A stretch of DNA of 64,000 bases from Octopus sinensis (GCF_006345805.1 NC_042997.1:109802001-109866000); one strand, 5' to 3'. Positions 40,171-55,132 are shown, numbered from the stretch's first letter. The notes: generated from the sequence alone by a model not told the origin. A program made the numbers and translations.

Positions 40171-40467
40171 AAGACAGCAAAAGACTCATTGATAGGAAAT
40201 TCTAATATATTTCCTTTGCCAAGCTAACGACATCTCCTTCCTCTTTCTTCCTCTCGAATTCCTAACAGAAATATTCACTCTGCTAACGTTATTACTGCTG
40301 CTCCTCTCTGCTAATTTACTCCGTCCATCTTTCCGTTTCTCTCTCTCTCTCTCTTTCTCTCTCCCTCTCCCCCTCTCTCTGTCCACTGTTTTATAAATAA
40401 GACAATTCCGTTAACGTCTAAAGATAATTTATATCTAAACAAAGACGTCATGCCTTCTCGCTCACTC

Positions 40468-40560
<93 letters not shown>

Positions 40561-41099
40561 TTCCCAACACGTGTGTGGCCATATCTTTCTCGTTAGTTCC
40601 TTCAATTTTCTTTTTTATTCTTAGAATATTCTTCTTGTCAACTGGTCTTTCTCATGGACGACGTTTCAAAAACAGAACACAAAAGAAATATAATTATTTA
40701 TGTTAATAACTTGATTAATTTCTCGCTAATTACCCAAGTACTGTGTTTAAGAACAGAGCGATAGAGACTGGTTTTGTCTTTCTCTCAACCGAAGTGTTTG
40801 CTATTAACACAGCATGGCCACTGGAACATTGACACATTGCAATGGTTGGCTGGTTGGTGAGATTTATTTGGCGCGAACAGGTAAGAAGTGGAAAACAACC
40901 GTACGACTTCGTCAGACTTGATGGTGTTAAGTCGATGAGAGCGCATGTCTGACAACGGTGTGGTCACGTGTTCCACGGCGTGACCGACACGCGGACTCGG
41001 TGTCAGGTGTTCCATGGTGGTTGATAAAAGTGCAGGAGAATGTCGTTTGTGATTGTTAATTAGTAATTAATTATGACACAGGCGATGACGGTGAGAGAG

Positions 41100-41128
41100 A
41101 ACAACGCTGAAACAAAAGACAACAGCAA

Positions 41129-41159
<31 letters not shown>

Positions 41160-41430
41160 ACCAACAATAATAATAATAATGATGATGATGATGATAATAA
41201 CAACAGCAACAATAATAATAACAATAATAATGATGATAATAATAATAACAACAGCAACAATAATAATAATAATAATGGTGATAATAATAAATAACAGCAA
41301 CAATAATAATAACAATAATAATGATGATGATGATAATGATAATAACTACAACAGCAACAATAATGATAACAATAATAATGGTGATGATAATAATAACAAC
41401 AGCAACAACAACAACAATAATAATAATAAT
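41100..41430. repeat. (AAC/AAT/GAT)n trinucleotide mosaic
   Basis: Directly visible; gives poly-N, poly-I and poly-L ORFs. Confidence 0.95.
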
Positions 41431-41814
41431 GAGGTCGGGTTGTGGAAATATATGAGACTATGAAGATGGAAGTGTGGCAATATGTGTAACAGTACATGAG
41501 ACGTATGCGTTTATCTATATACTTGTGTGTATTTGTTAGTAAGACAGAGGTGAATGAGAGGATACGGTGAGGTCGGTGTGGCTGGTGGTGATGACAAAAT
41601 ATATAGTTTATATATTATTTACTCAGAACAATGAAGTCTACTACTACTACACTACTACTACTACTACTACTACATGAACAACAAAACCAAAAACTTCTCT
41701 GACGATCAATATTCCTTCGCTGGAGGACATTCAAGAACGATCGTTATAAGAAACTCTAATATTATATATCTATGTCAAATATTTCATCTCCCTTCTTTTG
41801 TGTATAATGTTTAC

Positions 41815-41934
<120 letters not shown>

Positions 41935-42454
41935 ACCCTCGTTTCCTCCTGTGGAATCTTATATTTTCTGTTACATATTTCTCTAATTGTTGGCAGTGAT
42001 GGCGACGACGGACATGTCTTAACACTTTTACGCTGACTTTATACCATGGGAAAGGAACCTGTCTTTGTCCAAAGACAGATTAAAAGCCACTTTCTTCAGT
42101 AGTAAGTCTTGGGTTGTCTAGTTTAACCCCAGCATTCTTGATGTGGACGAAGAACTTTATATCTAGAATCACATCTAGTGTATCCTTCCTTTTTTTGTTT
42201 AGGTTATTTGAAGTAAATTTTCGCTGCTATTTCTAGCTTGTCAAATGTCCTAGTAGAGACCGACTCATTGCTTCATTTCACAGTGGTCTTTCAACGATAC
42301 ATCTATGTGTTTTTTTTACCATCTTTCGACCGACGATTACTTCATATGATGTTTTGCCACAATATTTATTGAACGAAACGTAATGCAGACGTTTAAGATT
42401 AGCTGGTTCAAACGACTCGTTCAAATGATTCGATCAGATGACTCTTTCTACATA

Positions 42455-43560
42455 CAAATGAACAGTGACTGAACCTAATCTCCACCACAAGCGTTCGATC
42501 TCCGCCATCGATGAACTCAACTCCCGAATCTTCTTTGAAAAATTTACCGTTTACTCTGTTGTAAACATTTCTTCAGTCATTTTCACTTTGTCTTTATCAT
42601 CAAATCGTTGTCTCTGAAACTATCCTCCATTGGACCGAATATGGGAAAGTTAGAGGATGTCCGATTCGGGCTGTACGATGGATAGTGGATCAGGGGTCGA
42701 TCCAATTTAATGATTGCCCGTTTTGTTACCAAAGATCTTTGTGGTGGCGCATTGTCAAGGTCAATGTGGATTGTTAACAGATTTCTGTTCGGCCTCTTCT
42801 TCAGGGTGGCTTTTATACGTTGGTTGAGTATCTCAATGCACCGCTTGTAAAGTCACATTCCAGAAAGACAAGGAAAACGACGCCCTTGTGATATTCTAAA
42901 GCACTAACTATCATTTCTTCTGCGATCATCGGCCCTTGAACTTCTTAGGATGGGAGGTGTGACATATTTCCATCGACGGGGCTATCCTCTCTTAATCATA
43001 AAAGTACACGTGCCATTCTCTTCTGTCACCAGGTCAAAAAATAAGAAAACACCTTCAAACGCCTCTAGCAAATCAAAAGAGAATTCCACTCTTCTTTCCT
43101 TCAAATCAGGTGCCGTCTGCCGATGTACCTACTTTGCACACACCTACTACCACTCAAAGTCTTTCACCATCTTTTGTAAGCACTCATTGACAGTAAGCTC
43201 ACGAATTACAACTCATCGGTTCGTCCAGTCAAGATCGTTTCGCTTCACTGGTCGTAGTTAAAGGTCCACTACTGCATAGTTTGTCTTCAATATTGCGTTT
43301 CTCCTTTTTTAAAAAGAAAATTTTTCATCTATGCACATTGTTTTCGTCAGTGGTGTCATCTCTTTAAACTACCCGTAGCCTTCTTTGAATATTGGACAGC
43401 CTATACTTCTTCTTCCTCAACAACACAACATCGAGCATTGCTTCTGCATGACAAACATTATTTGCCTGCAATAAAGAACTGCAAGAAAAATTACTCTACT
43501 GACGTGAAAATTTCACGACTTGTGTCAATAAATATAAAAGTTACACCAGTTATGTCCACG
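42455..43560 (-). mobile_element. Decayed mariner (Tc1/mariner) transposase relic
   Basis: Minus-strand translation with stops and frameshifts: TAPDLKERRVEFSFDLL..., IHIDLDNAP (cf. LLHDNARPH), PLIHYPSYSPNRTSSNFPIFGPM (cf. HPPYSPDLAPSDFHLF), VHRWRRSNACGGD*V (cf. RWEKCV..GDYVE). The 5' boundary is approximate. Confidence 0.8.
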
Positions 43561-43666
43561 GCTGCCTAATTTTTCGTACAACTCCCATAATATCACAACA
43601 TTCTACTTTCACTATTGAACACATCGGGTCCGATAATTTAGAAAATTATTATTGTTGTTATTATTA

Positions 43667-43698
<32 letters not shown>

Positions 43699-43965
43699 TA
43701 TTATTATTAGGGTGGTTAGTGGCAGACACAGTAGAGTAATGGATTAAATGTGTTGCGTTACTTAGTTACGTCTCTTTGATCTTCTGAGCTCAAATCTTGT
43801 GGTGAGGGGGTCAATTCTGTATTCCACCCTCACGGGGCCGACAACATAAATAGCAACAAAGAAGAAATGTTTGTGTCCCTGTACTTCGAGTAGAAGCTCG
43901 AAGAATGGGAACTGAAAACCAAAGTTGATAGATTACGTTTATTTTCATTTAACGTAATCTATCAA

Positions 43966-43999
<34 letters not shown>

Positions 44000-44018
44000 A
44001 CTCCTTCTCGCTCTCTAT

Positions 44019-44277
44019 CTCTTCTTCTTCTTCTTCTTCTTCTTCTTCTTCTTCTTCTTCTTCTTCTTCTTCTTCTTCTTCTTCTTCTTCTTCTCCTCTT
44101 CTTTTTCTTCTTTTTTTGTTTGGAAATATCTCGTGTTTACTCTCCAGTAACAACATTGGCAGCAAAACATGTCAGAAAAATTAAGACTTCGTTCTTCAAA
44201 AGCTTCGCTGCAACATTCCTACGGAATATCACGGAAAGCACCACCTCTTCCTCCTCTTCTATATCAATCGTTTTCAC

Positions 44278-44337
<60 letters not shown>

Positions 44338-44340
44338 CAT
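44019..44340. repeat. (CTT)n and (ATT)n microsatellites
   Basis: Directly visible. Confidence 0.9.
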
Positions 44341-44632
44341 TAAATTCTATTTGTTGTATTTTTGTAAATATTTACTTGTGTATAATCTACAGAATTATAT
44401 AATTTAATTATCTTTCCCATCGTTTCCATTTACACACTAACGACTACAACAACAGCAACATTCACGGCGATGTTTATAGAAACGCAGACATTCTGTGTGC
44501 GGTTTGTTTTGACCAGAATAATTGTGTTAAGTGATTCCCCGCAGTGGTAGGTGTGTTCTCTGCACCCCGGCTACACACATGCAGGATATTTACGACTCGT
44601 CCATGTTTGAATTCTTCAGCAAAAATATCTCA

Positions 44633-44644
44633 TGTCACGTGACA
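44633..44644. promoter_or_regulatory. Perfect palindromic E-box TGTCACGTGACA (contains the GTCACGTGAC CLEAR/USF-type consensus)
   Basis: Motif is present in non-repetitive sequence; function untested. Confidence 0.2.
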
Positions 44645-45161
44645 CAGCCCCGCTATTTACCAACCCAAATTATGTGAAGGTATTTAGTTGGTGATTAGTT
44701 GAACACGCACGCACACAAATTCAACACCGCCCGCTTCAATACCGGTGCTCTCCTTTACAGCAGTTTTAAATAATTCTTGAAGTACAATGTCCACTGTTCT
44801 GAAAAGAAACAGAAGTTAATCCAGCAGAGTACAGAAACTATTTGCGGCGCAATAAATATGTACCTTATTAATTTGAGGACTACTTATCAAATTAATAAGT
44901 AATCTTCATAGATTCCGTTCTGTAAGGTTTTCTGCCAACGGAGCATGAAATCGTTATTTCGCTTGGTGTCCGAATTGAAATAATAAAACAAAACGGTAAA
45001 ACAATAATAATCCTTTCTACTATTGGCACGAGGTCCGAAATTTGGGGGGAGGGGGGGAGGCAATCGATTACATTGACCGCCATTGCTCAGCTAGCTCTTA
45101 TGTTTTCGACCTCGAAAGCATTGAAAGCTGGTGGAATGTGAACCCAGAGCGTAAACACGGG

Positions 45162-45210
<49 letters not shown>

Positions 45211-45913
45211 GGATGAATAGATAGATAAATACATAGGTAGATTGATAGATGGATGGATAGGGGGTGGATAGAGAAGTCATGATTTTCCTTTTATATTTTC
45301 TGCAATCTCTGCAATGTCTTCGATAGCTCAAGGAAGTACTTGCTGTGTTGACTATCTCCATATTTTAAGAGTTTCCTCCTGACATTACCAGCTCTAAGAC
45401 CGGTGGCCTATCATCTCATCAGATCCTGCTTATCTCGGAAAAAAAACGAAAACAAAAAGAAACTATAAAACAATGCAAAAAGGCATTTTTAACGTTAGAA
45501 ATATTTCGATTGTGTCACGTCGGGGTGAGTGTTTCCTTTCGATCAGATTAACCGATCGCCAACATTCCGCCACCACCACCACCCTACCTATCACTATCTC
45601 AGCTGCCGGCACCGCTGCGGCATTCTTCACTGTTAGCCTCATAGTGTCTCTCGGCTGCCCGGCTAAAGTGCCAAGTCCTGCCATTTGCGAAGACGGAGAT
45701 TCTGATTACAAATGGCCGTTAGCGAATCTCGAAGCAGTTGAGATTTTTCTCCGAATTAAAAAAATTTGGACACGATTCTTCCGGAGATAAATAAAGAAAT
45801 AATGTGAAGAAATTCTTTTCCTATCTACCTCAAAGAAGTCGAAAAATCGTCTTTCTCCGCATGTTCGATACTGCTTCTGCAAATTCTGGCTGACAATTTC
45901 CAAAGACGAACGG

Positions 45914-45952
<39 letters not shown>

Positions 45953-46969
45953 TTCCCCCTCCCTTCTCGCTCTGTAACTGGTCATGTCAATGAACTGCGA
46001 CACAAAGGAAGCGGGCTCAGTATTTTTTTTTTTTTTGATAAATGGTCGCTCTTTGGAAATTGGAAACAATCTCTCTGTTAATAAAAACTGTTCGTTGCGA
46101 AACACAAACAAACGTGCGCGCGCGTTCCCAACCGCCCAGTTATCCTAATTTATGAGTTCATTTCCTGGTTTTTACCATTTTATTTGACTTGAAGAAGATG
46201 CTGCCAATATAAACACTTACCAAGTCTATGGGATATTTTTTTAATGCCGAAAATACAGCTACAATACAAAACGCCCCACACAAACACACCTAAACACACA
46301 TACACACATACATACACACACACCTACACACACACCTACACACACACACACACGCCTACACAGCAACAGTGTTACTTGTAGTTTCTTGGCAATGCAGCTT
46401 TATGTTTTCCTATATATTATGTCAAACTATTTTTTCATCCTGTTCTACATTATTATGGAAAGCTCCCGGACCAGATTATCATCATCATCATCATTATTAT
46501 TATATATTTCTTTTTTTTTTTTTCTTTTTTGTTTTATTTAGCTTCATATGTTTGTTTGTCCTGTGGTGAACGTGTTTCTGAATTTCCTTCGACCATTTTC
46601 TTCATAACGACTCAAGGCCAGCTGACCTTTCAATCTCCCGCCACAAAACAGCGGGCGATATTTATACGTCGTTTTGTAAAGTTTTTCGCTTTCCTTTTCT
46701 TTTTTCGAGCATACGCACACTCGCACACCAACACCTACATATACCTAGACACGTGCCTTTGTGTCCACACTTGTGTTGGATGCGTGAAACGGAGGGATAA
46801 ATAGTCTAATAGAAGTCGACTCCATCGTAAATTCAAACCGTTTTTATAATATGGTGAGACAACTTTATTGATGGTATTAGGGATCCATAGCACAACAGGT
46901 TGCGCTGCAGCCTTTCATTTTCACAATTGCACTGTTTGTGTGTGCATGAGTGTGTGTAAACGTAGACAC

Positions 46970-47225
46970 AACGATGTGTGTATATATGTGTGTCTGTGTG
47001 TATGTGGTGCGTACGTACGTGCGTGTACATATATACTTGTGTTTGTGTGTCAGTCTGTCGGTCTCTCTTTATCTCTCTTTCTATATCTCTCTCTATATAT
47101 ATATACACACACATACATATATATATACATAGGTATATATATATATACATACATATACAGACATATATATATATATATAATATATATATATATACATAGA
47201 TATATATACGTACATATATACATGC

Positions 47226-47262
<37 letters not shown>

Positions 47263-47284
47263 CATATATATATATATAATTTAT

Positions 47285-47347
<63 letters not shown>

Positions 47348-47370
47348 ATGCATATATACATGCATATATG
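46970..47370. repeat. (TG)/(TA)n microsatellite block
   Basis: Directly visible. Confidence 0.9.
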
Positions 47371-47670
47371 GCTACAGGACGTGAAGAAAATGAAAAGCGG
47401 GAACGTAAAAAACACAAAAACATGGAAAACGAACATTTTTTTTTTTCGAACAAGGAAAGAAAGAAACGAGACAAGCAACATAAATAGCAATCCCTTCATC
47501 CCTTGTCCTGTTTTATCTACTCCGCGTTTCAAACACATATGTGTGTGTGTGTGCGTGCATTCATGCATAGACTTGTATGTCCGTGTATGTATGTGTGTAT
47601 GTATATTCGTGTGAAGAGAGAGTGTTTATGTTACATAATAAATTTCTCCATGATGTCGCTGTTGTGTCAT

Positions 47671-47682
47671 GATGACGTCATC
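47671..47682. promoter_or_regulatory. Perfect CRE palindrome GATGACGTCATC, about 95 bp from a YY1-like CCGCCATTTTG (47776-47786)
   Basis: Motifs are present in unique sequence; function untested. Confidence 0.2.
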
Positions 47683-48797
47683 TATCCTCAGTACAGTTGC
47701 CTTACAGTTCACCCTCTAAAGTCACCTAACGAATATAATAATTACATGAACCACCATTTTGCAGGGTCCACTCTCCCGCCATTTTGTCTTGTTGCCATGG
47801 GGTTTTATTGAGATATTCACACCTAACTCAGACACACCTGGACTACCGCAAATACGTCTGTTTCTAGGCGTATTTCGTTCTATCGTTTGAATAAAAGTAA
47901 TTGAATACAACGACACTAGTTTCAACACACACACATGCATCATCATCATTGTTCAACTGTGGTCGAGACAATGAAATTTACTATGTTACGCCATACCTCA
48001 CGGTCCATCAATAGCATTACGGAGGTCCTGTTGCTGGATGCCTGTATCCCTGGAGATTACATCAGGGTAGGAGAGTGTGCGCCCTCTGGTATTGCGAGCA
48101 GATGGCTTCCAGAGGAGAAGAGTATAAATTACTCCGTTTTCAGCTTTACAACAATGTCCAGCAAACTGGACTCTTCTACCTTTCACAAGAGATTATACAG
48201 GTGCACACACATGCACTCAAACACATACACATTCACGCACGCACACACACACTGTCTCTGTCAGATTCCCTCTGTGGAAACTATTTGCTAATGATGTAGA
48301 TGCATCTCGATTATGCTGTAATCGTTTTATTTAGAGGCGCAGGGGGGGGGGGGGGCAACAACAGCCGATGATGACGGGATTGGTTTTTGACTGTGACATT
48401 TGTTGTTCATGTTGTTGCTGTGTATTATTAACTGCTTATATCTGTGCTTTTGTTGCGTCTATTACTTCACTTCCTGCTGTTGCTGTTGGTGATGGTGATG
48501 CTACATTTCGCATGCTGTCTTCGTTGCGAACTCTCTCTGCCTTGGCAAGAGACAATTGCTGATGCAAATATATTTTATCTTAATGGCCGTCGATGTGTCA
48601 TCGTTTTCCCTCTCTTCATAACGCCATCACAATTTGTCTTCATAATTCATAGATCCGGAATAAAAATCTCAAGGGAACTATACGTATGCATGTGTGTACG
48701 CGTGTGATGTCCGTACGACTATGGAAATAATATACATCTGCGTGTGTATCTGTTTATATATATACATATATATACATATATATATATACATATACAT

Positions 48798-48828
<31 letters not shown>

Positions 48829-48833
48829 CACTC

Positions 48834-48884
<51 letters not shown>

Positions 48885-48908
48885 CACACACACACACACA
48901 CACGCACG

Positions 48909-48995
<87 letters not shown>

Positions 48996-49396
48996 GAGAG
49001 AGAGATGTGGAATTTGATTTCTTGTATATGTGCTGGGTTGTGTCATGCATACATATGATGCCTAATGTATATATGTATGCTTGTGTCGGAAAACGAAAAA
49101 GCATGTGTGTGAAAAATATATTACGTCAACTAATCCACGTTCGAGTATCAAGTATGCGATGGTGATAAATATGAGATGTATGTATGATTCACACATTATG
49201 TTGATGTGTTCTGAGTATTAATATGTGTGTGTGTGTGTGTGTGTGTGTGTTTCGCATCTGTGTGTTTTGAATATATTTTCCGTTTTCTGTGTTCGCGCCT
49301 TTCGGTGTTTTATCCGTCAGCACAAGTAGATATTTGACATGAATATTTATTATTGCATAAATCATGCCACTTGTCAGAATATGTGCTGCTAGTCAC

Positions 49397-49433
<37 letters not shown>

Positions 49434-50629
49434 GTTATTATTGCATATGTGAGAAATGCTCTGTTGTCATTAAATGCCGTGTAAAACTGTTTTATCGCCC
49501 CATTTCTGGAAACCAGTTCCAGTTGCAGGATGATCGGTCAATAGATATGTTTAGTAGATAATGTTGTTGTTGTTGATGCTGTTGTACAACTGTTGTAGAT
49601 GTTGATACAGTCATATGCTCAATTGCTTGAATGTGGGAGATCGTTGCGATTAGCCAACGGCCTTCAGCCTCCGAATCATCAGTCGGACAGTGAAATCATA
49701 TAATTTCTGCAGCAGCAATAACTGTGGTTTCAACAGCAGCAGCAGCAGCATCAGAAACAGCATCTAAAATTCTAATAAATACTTCGCAGCTAATTTGTTA
49801 CTAGAAAACAATAGCAACAGCAACAACTCTAAGCATTCTCTATAAGATGGCTGATAACATAAAACTGACGTCATTCGGAGTCGTTAAGAAGCATTTTTAT
49901 ATCTTGAACATCATCCCTCTGTCGTAGGCCCTGTGTGGTCCATTAGGCAGATCTGTGAAGTTTTGTGCTACAATTTGTATTATAAGTGAGTTAGTGCGAT
50001 TCCCAGGAAAATAAAAGGTTTTCTCTATGGTGTATTTCATCGTTCCTCCGGGGTTCCCAATGTGACCTTCGCATCTTCTGTTATCATTTCAATAAATATT
50101 TATGTTTTATCCAACCATTTTCGAACGGCGGGGTTTGATTTCTGGAAGATTTGACTGTTATTTTTTGCGAGGGAGAGCCCTTGGCTTGTTTTATTCCTAT
50201 TTATTCTCCAAATAAACGCGGCAGCAATATTTTAGTTTAGCTCCCCATTGGCGACGACATTGTCTACACAATGTGTCGGGGTTGCTTGTGGTGAATGAGT
50301 TTCCACTAATGTCGGACTGTTATATATCAACCATTATTAAACTTGCGCTTTGGTCTCACCCTCACGACCATAAACCATCCACCATCACACAACAATCTTA
50401 GGGTCTCTCACCACCAACCATCATACATAAGCCTTCAGTTCTCATATCACCAGCGCTCACTCAAGACCCTTGGGTTCTATTACTCGACCCAGATAGGAAC
50501 CCCAAACCCAACCCGCCAAAGCAAGGAAAAATCCGAGCTCAGTAAATCTAGCAGCTAACTCTCAGTGAAATCGCACCGTCTGAGCTTAAAAATGCAGTTT
50601 TAGAAACATAGTTTGATGAACCAATTAGT

Positions 50630-50998
50630 GGAGTGGTCACGGTTGTACGATGTTTGAGCCACTTCTTCACTGCAGTTTTAACTTCCTCGTCACTTGACTA
50701 TCATCTCTTCAGCGCTATGAAAGAGGGTTTGAGAAGCAAACATTATTCCAGTGACAAGGAAGTGAAAGCTGTAGTGAAGAAGTGTCTCAAAGAACAGTCT
50801 ACAGAATATTACGGGGCAGGGATACATGCTCTCATTCGAAGGTGGAACATTGCTATTGAGAGAAACGGTGACTATGTTGAGAAGTAGGGATTTGATCCAC
50901 AGAGGACCAGCTTCATTTTGATGTATGATACATGTTTCTGTGTTCGTAATTATACCTGTCCTGAACAAAATGGCATTACTTTTTGGCTCACCCTCGTA
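50630..50998 (+). mobile_element. Mariner 3' end (transposase C-terminus + right TIR)
   Basis: LDYHLFSAMKEGLRSKHYSSDKEVKAVVKKCLKEQSTEYYGAGIHALIRRWNIAIERNGDYVEK* is a typical mariner C-terminus. It ends in TGGCATTACTTTTTGGCTCACCCTCG-TA, a mariner-type TIR followed by TA. Confidence 0.9.
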
Positions 50999-51313
50999 GG
51001 TATATATTTGTATAGACATGTGTATTATATGCATTTCTTATGTGCATTAGAACGAGGCGTTCGCGAATTGGTTGTAAGCATTGATTTCTGGTCATGCTAC
51101 AGCTCAGCTCTATACACCATGTTGTTGTATACAGCATGTTGGTACTAATGATTTGTAGTCACGTGGTATTTTCTTATGCAACCATTATATACCATAAAGT
51201 ATATTAAACGCTTTTATAAGTCAATACTTTGTTCGACTGCGTTAGCAGTGCTACTACATCATTTGTTAAGGGTATCTCTGCAAATATTCTGTAGTATTTG
51301 TGCATTTTTTTTT

Positions 51314-51348
<35 letters not shown>

Positions 51349-51824
51349 CTAGCGGAGATCATGTGAATAATACTGCTCTGCTCAAAATGGCCGCCTTGGA
51401 ACGCAGCGAGAGAGACTTAACGAAGCGGGGCGTGAAACCTTCAACAAGATCCACCTTCACATTCCTCGGTTCTGCAGATAAATGGTATTATATTTACAAT
51501 TCGCAATGACATCATTAAACCGGTATCAAGATTTCAGGCGGGATGTCCCAGGTGAATTGAAATGTGAGTAGATTCAAAGCTCCTCAGTGAATTGTAAATG
51601 TGTATACATCACTCTATATGTGTGTGTGTGTATATATATGTACATACCTACATATATATGTATATATACATGCATATATGAGTACAGGACGTCAAAAAAC
51701 ACGAGAACATTAAAACAAACAAACATGGAAAGCGAACTTTTCTTTCGAACAACGAAAGAAGCAAATAGAAAAATGAGACAGGGCAACACACACACACACA
51801 CAACACACACACACACACACACAC

Positions 51825-51863
<39 letters not shown>

Positions 51864-51886
51864 TATATATATTCTCTCTCTCTATG

Positions 51887-51917
<31 letters not shown>

Positions 51918-52106
51918 GCTTATGTATAGGTGTGTATGTGTGGGTGTATACACTCGCATACACACATACATATTCGTACGTGTATATCTTGCATAGGTGT
52001 AGTGTATTTGTCTATACGCTTTAATCATCATCATCGTCAGAATTGCAGTTCAACGTTGTTGTATTCTGAAAGATGGTGGGTATATTTTCATGTCACGGCA
52101 TTAACT

Positions 52107-52139
<33 letters not shown>

Positions 52140-53371
52140 GTATTGATGCTGAAAGTAGGAGACTATCTCAATCATCATCATCATCATAATCATCATCATC
52201 ATCATAATCATCATCATCATCATCATCATCATCATTATTGATGATCGTCGTCATGGTCGTCATGGTCGTCATCGTTAGTACCCCCCACCCCCGATTATCA
52301 TCGTCGACAATACCATCCTATACTCATTATGATTGCTGTCATTAAATGAGCAACAGAAGCTGTAATTAGAAACTTAGTCAATACTCTGAGGCGTGGGGGT
52401 GGGGTGTGACGTCGAGAAAGAGTGAGGCGGTGGTGGTGGTGGCGGTGGTTAATTTATTATCAGAGATTGTGACTGCTGTAAGTGTATGTCGTGACATCAA
52501 CTGTTTAACGTAACCCAAACAATTATTAATCCAAAGAAAAAAAAGAAAAAACAAAAACTACTTGCTGCACCGCAATTTAAACGGGGGTGGGGTGGTTAAA
52601 CGGTGGTGTGTTTGGGGTTGGGATTGGAAGATGGTTTACACACGGGTAGGGGGGATAGTTGAAGAAGGGGTAGTCGATGATAGGGGTCGTAAGATGGTTT
52701 CTGCAGGGGTTGCTTTATATGAGTTAGGCTGGGGGAATTGGGTAAGGATAGTTTAGGGGAGATTAGGTGGGTCTGTTGAGGGGATTACGGGGATTAGGTG
52801 GGTCTGTCGAGGGGATTTCTCACTGATTACAGATGGTTCTTTTTCACGCTCCGTTGCTGTTGTTGTTGTTGTTGTCAGAATATTGTTGATTGTTGTCAAC
52901 AGGAACAACAACGGCAATCAAACGGGAGAAAAGATTTATTGGAAAATAAATAAATAAATAAATATGAAATATAAGATTAGAAATAGTGTGAGAGTAGAAG
53001 GATGAGGAGGTGTTTATAAGGGAGTGATAGGGACTGGGGGGGGGGGCAGTAGAGAAGGGAGTGGGAGGCCGTTCTGAGGTGTTCGGGAATCAAACCAAGC
53101 GTGTATGTTATTCATTTAACATCATTTGGAAATGTGGATGGTTTTGATTAGCAGCTCGATGTGAAGGGCATGATGGAGAGGAGGGATCAGTTTGGTCCTA
53201 ATATATCGGTTCGCTTCACAGAGTCCTGGCAAGTAGCTTTTATTTTATTTTATTTTTCTTTTACGCTGGACGTCTTCCATGTTCTTTTCCGAAGTGACAA
53301 TTGCAAAGAGCACCGCGTTTCCTTACTGTCGCATCCTTCGTTCACCATTTCGTCCATAATCCCCCTCTGTC

Positions 53372-53374
<3 letters not shown>

Positions 53375-53457
<83 letters not shown>

Positions 53458-53478
53458 ACACACACACACACACACACA
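53375..53478. repeat. (CA)n microsatellite
   Basis: Directly visible. Confidence 0.97.
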
Positions 53479-54057
53479 TCCACACACTACATATACGTGC
53501 ATGCATACCTACATGGCTACGTTCACCTAGACAAAGGCAAAGAGACAGATTGACATTATTACGCACTGTTTTCCCAGTCAGGCGAGGCAATCATTTTCAG
53601 CCTCCTGCACTGATTTACACCGTTCCACTTCGCTAAGCTCTTTTATTAGAACCGTAACGCATTCTTTACTTTCTTCACTGCTCTGTCATCACAGTTTGCA
53701 AACACTCTCACAAAATCACGCAGACATGCAGATTCATATTTCAAGATAACCCAAACCGCTTTGTGGTACCTTCTGAATTAATCAGTGCATCGTGAGTTAA
53801 TTGAATAATTAATACGGGTTAATAAATGTTATACAAATTAGGCAGAACAGTCTAGCTGAGAGAAAGCTTATTTTTTCACTCTCAACATCTGTGACCTATT
53901 CTCGTTTCCCTGCCCAGAAGACGATTTCTCTTTTTCTAAAGAAAATCTGAGACGAGAGACTGTTCACATAAGTCTCCTTTTCACTGTCTACCTACGAATG
54001 TACGTACATACATAGTGCATATATACATACATAGTGCATACATGGTGCGTACATATA

Positions 54058-54103
<46 letters not shown>

Positions 54104-54681
54104 CATAGTTCATACATGGTGCATATATATATATGTATGTATATGCACTATGTATTCACTGAACTATATATATTATACATACATACATACATACATACAT
54201 AGTTCATACATATACACATACATGGTGCATACATACATACATACATGCAGACATATACATACATACGTACACACACACACACACACATACATACATACAT
54301 ACATACATACATACATACATACATACATACATACACACAGTCAAACGTCAACGGCTTCGAACGCAGCTGACAAACCATGTTATTGTTGTTTTTATCAGTT
54401 TGAATAATGGTGAAATAAATTAATATTTCGACCAGGAAAACCCCGGGCGGTTGTATTTCACAAGGCTCGTGGTGTTGATGATGATGATGATGATGATGAT
54501 GAAAATAATAGCAATAATAATAAAATATAATAATAATAATTATATATATATATATATATTATAATATATATATATAGGGCGTGAGTGATAGAAATTGTGG
54601 TGTAACCAATTTCATTTCACGGCAAAGCAATACATTTTTAAAAATAAATAAATGACATATCAATCTCTCCTATCCTTTCCA

Positions 54682-54752
<71 letters not shown>

Positions 54753-55101
54753 CTGTGAGCACCAGTGTCCAAAATTTTGGCTTGTCTGGACACAACACAA
54801 ATATAAAAACATGACAGGGAGAAGATAGTCTAAAGAGGTATGTATTCTGTATATTATGGAGCTTTTCTCCATAACAGTTCTTTTTTTGTCTGTCAACCCC
54901 TAAATACAGGCGACTTTGACATCTTGACTCACAAATCCAGCCCCCCACACACACACACACACAGCCCCCCTACTGTGTCAACAAACAAACACACCTAATT
55001 ATGAAGGGGACAGGCACTTCAGTGAGGAGAAGGAGTTTACTCAATGAACACATCAACACAGCAATAATCGCCATGGCATTTATAGACATCATCGCCATCG
55101 C

Positions 55102-55132
<31 letters not shown>

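Noticed and set aside
40958-41004. Two small alternative hairpins sharing GACAC, near a strong plus-strand donor (CAG|GTAAGA near 40880)
   Set aside because: Stems are too short to be significant, and the adjacent peptide is unrecognisable.
51388-51509. Short ORF MAALERSERDLTKRG... starting in a YY1-like motif
   Set aside because: About 40 codons with no homology I recognise and no donor site; only the motif is noted.
52756-52817. Two ~30-bp G-rich tandem copies
   Set aside because: An ordinary short tandem duplication with no further structure.
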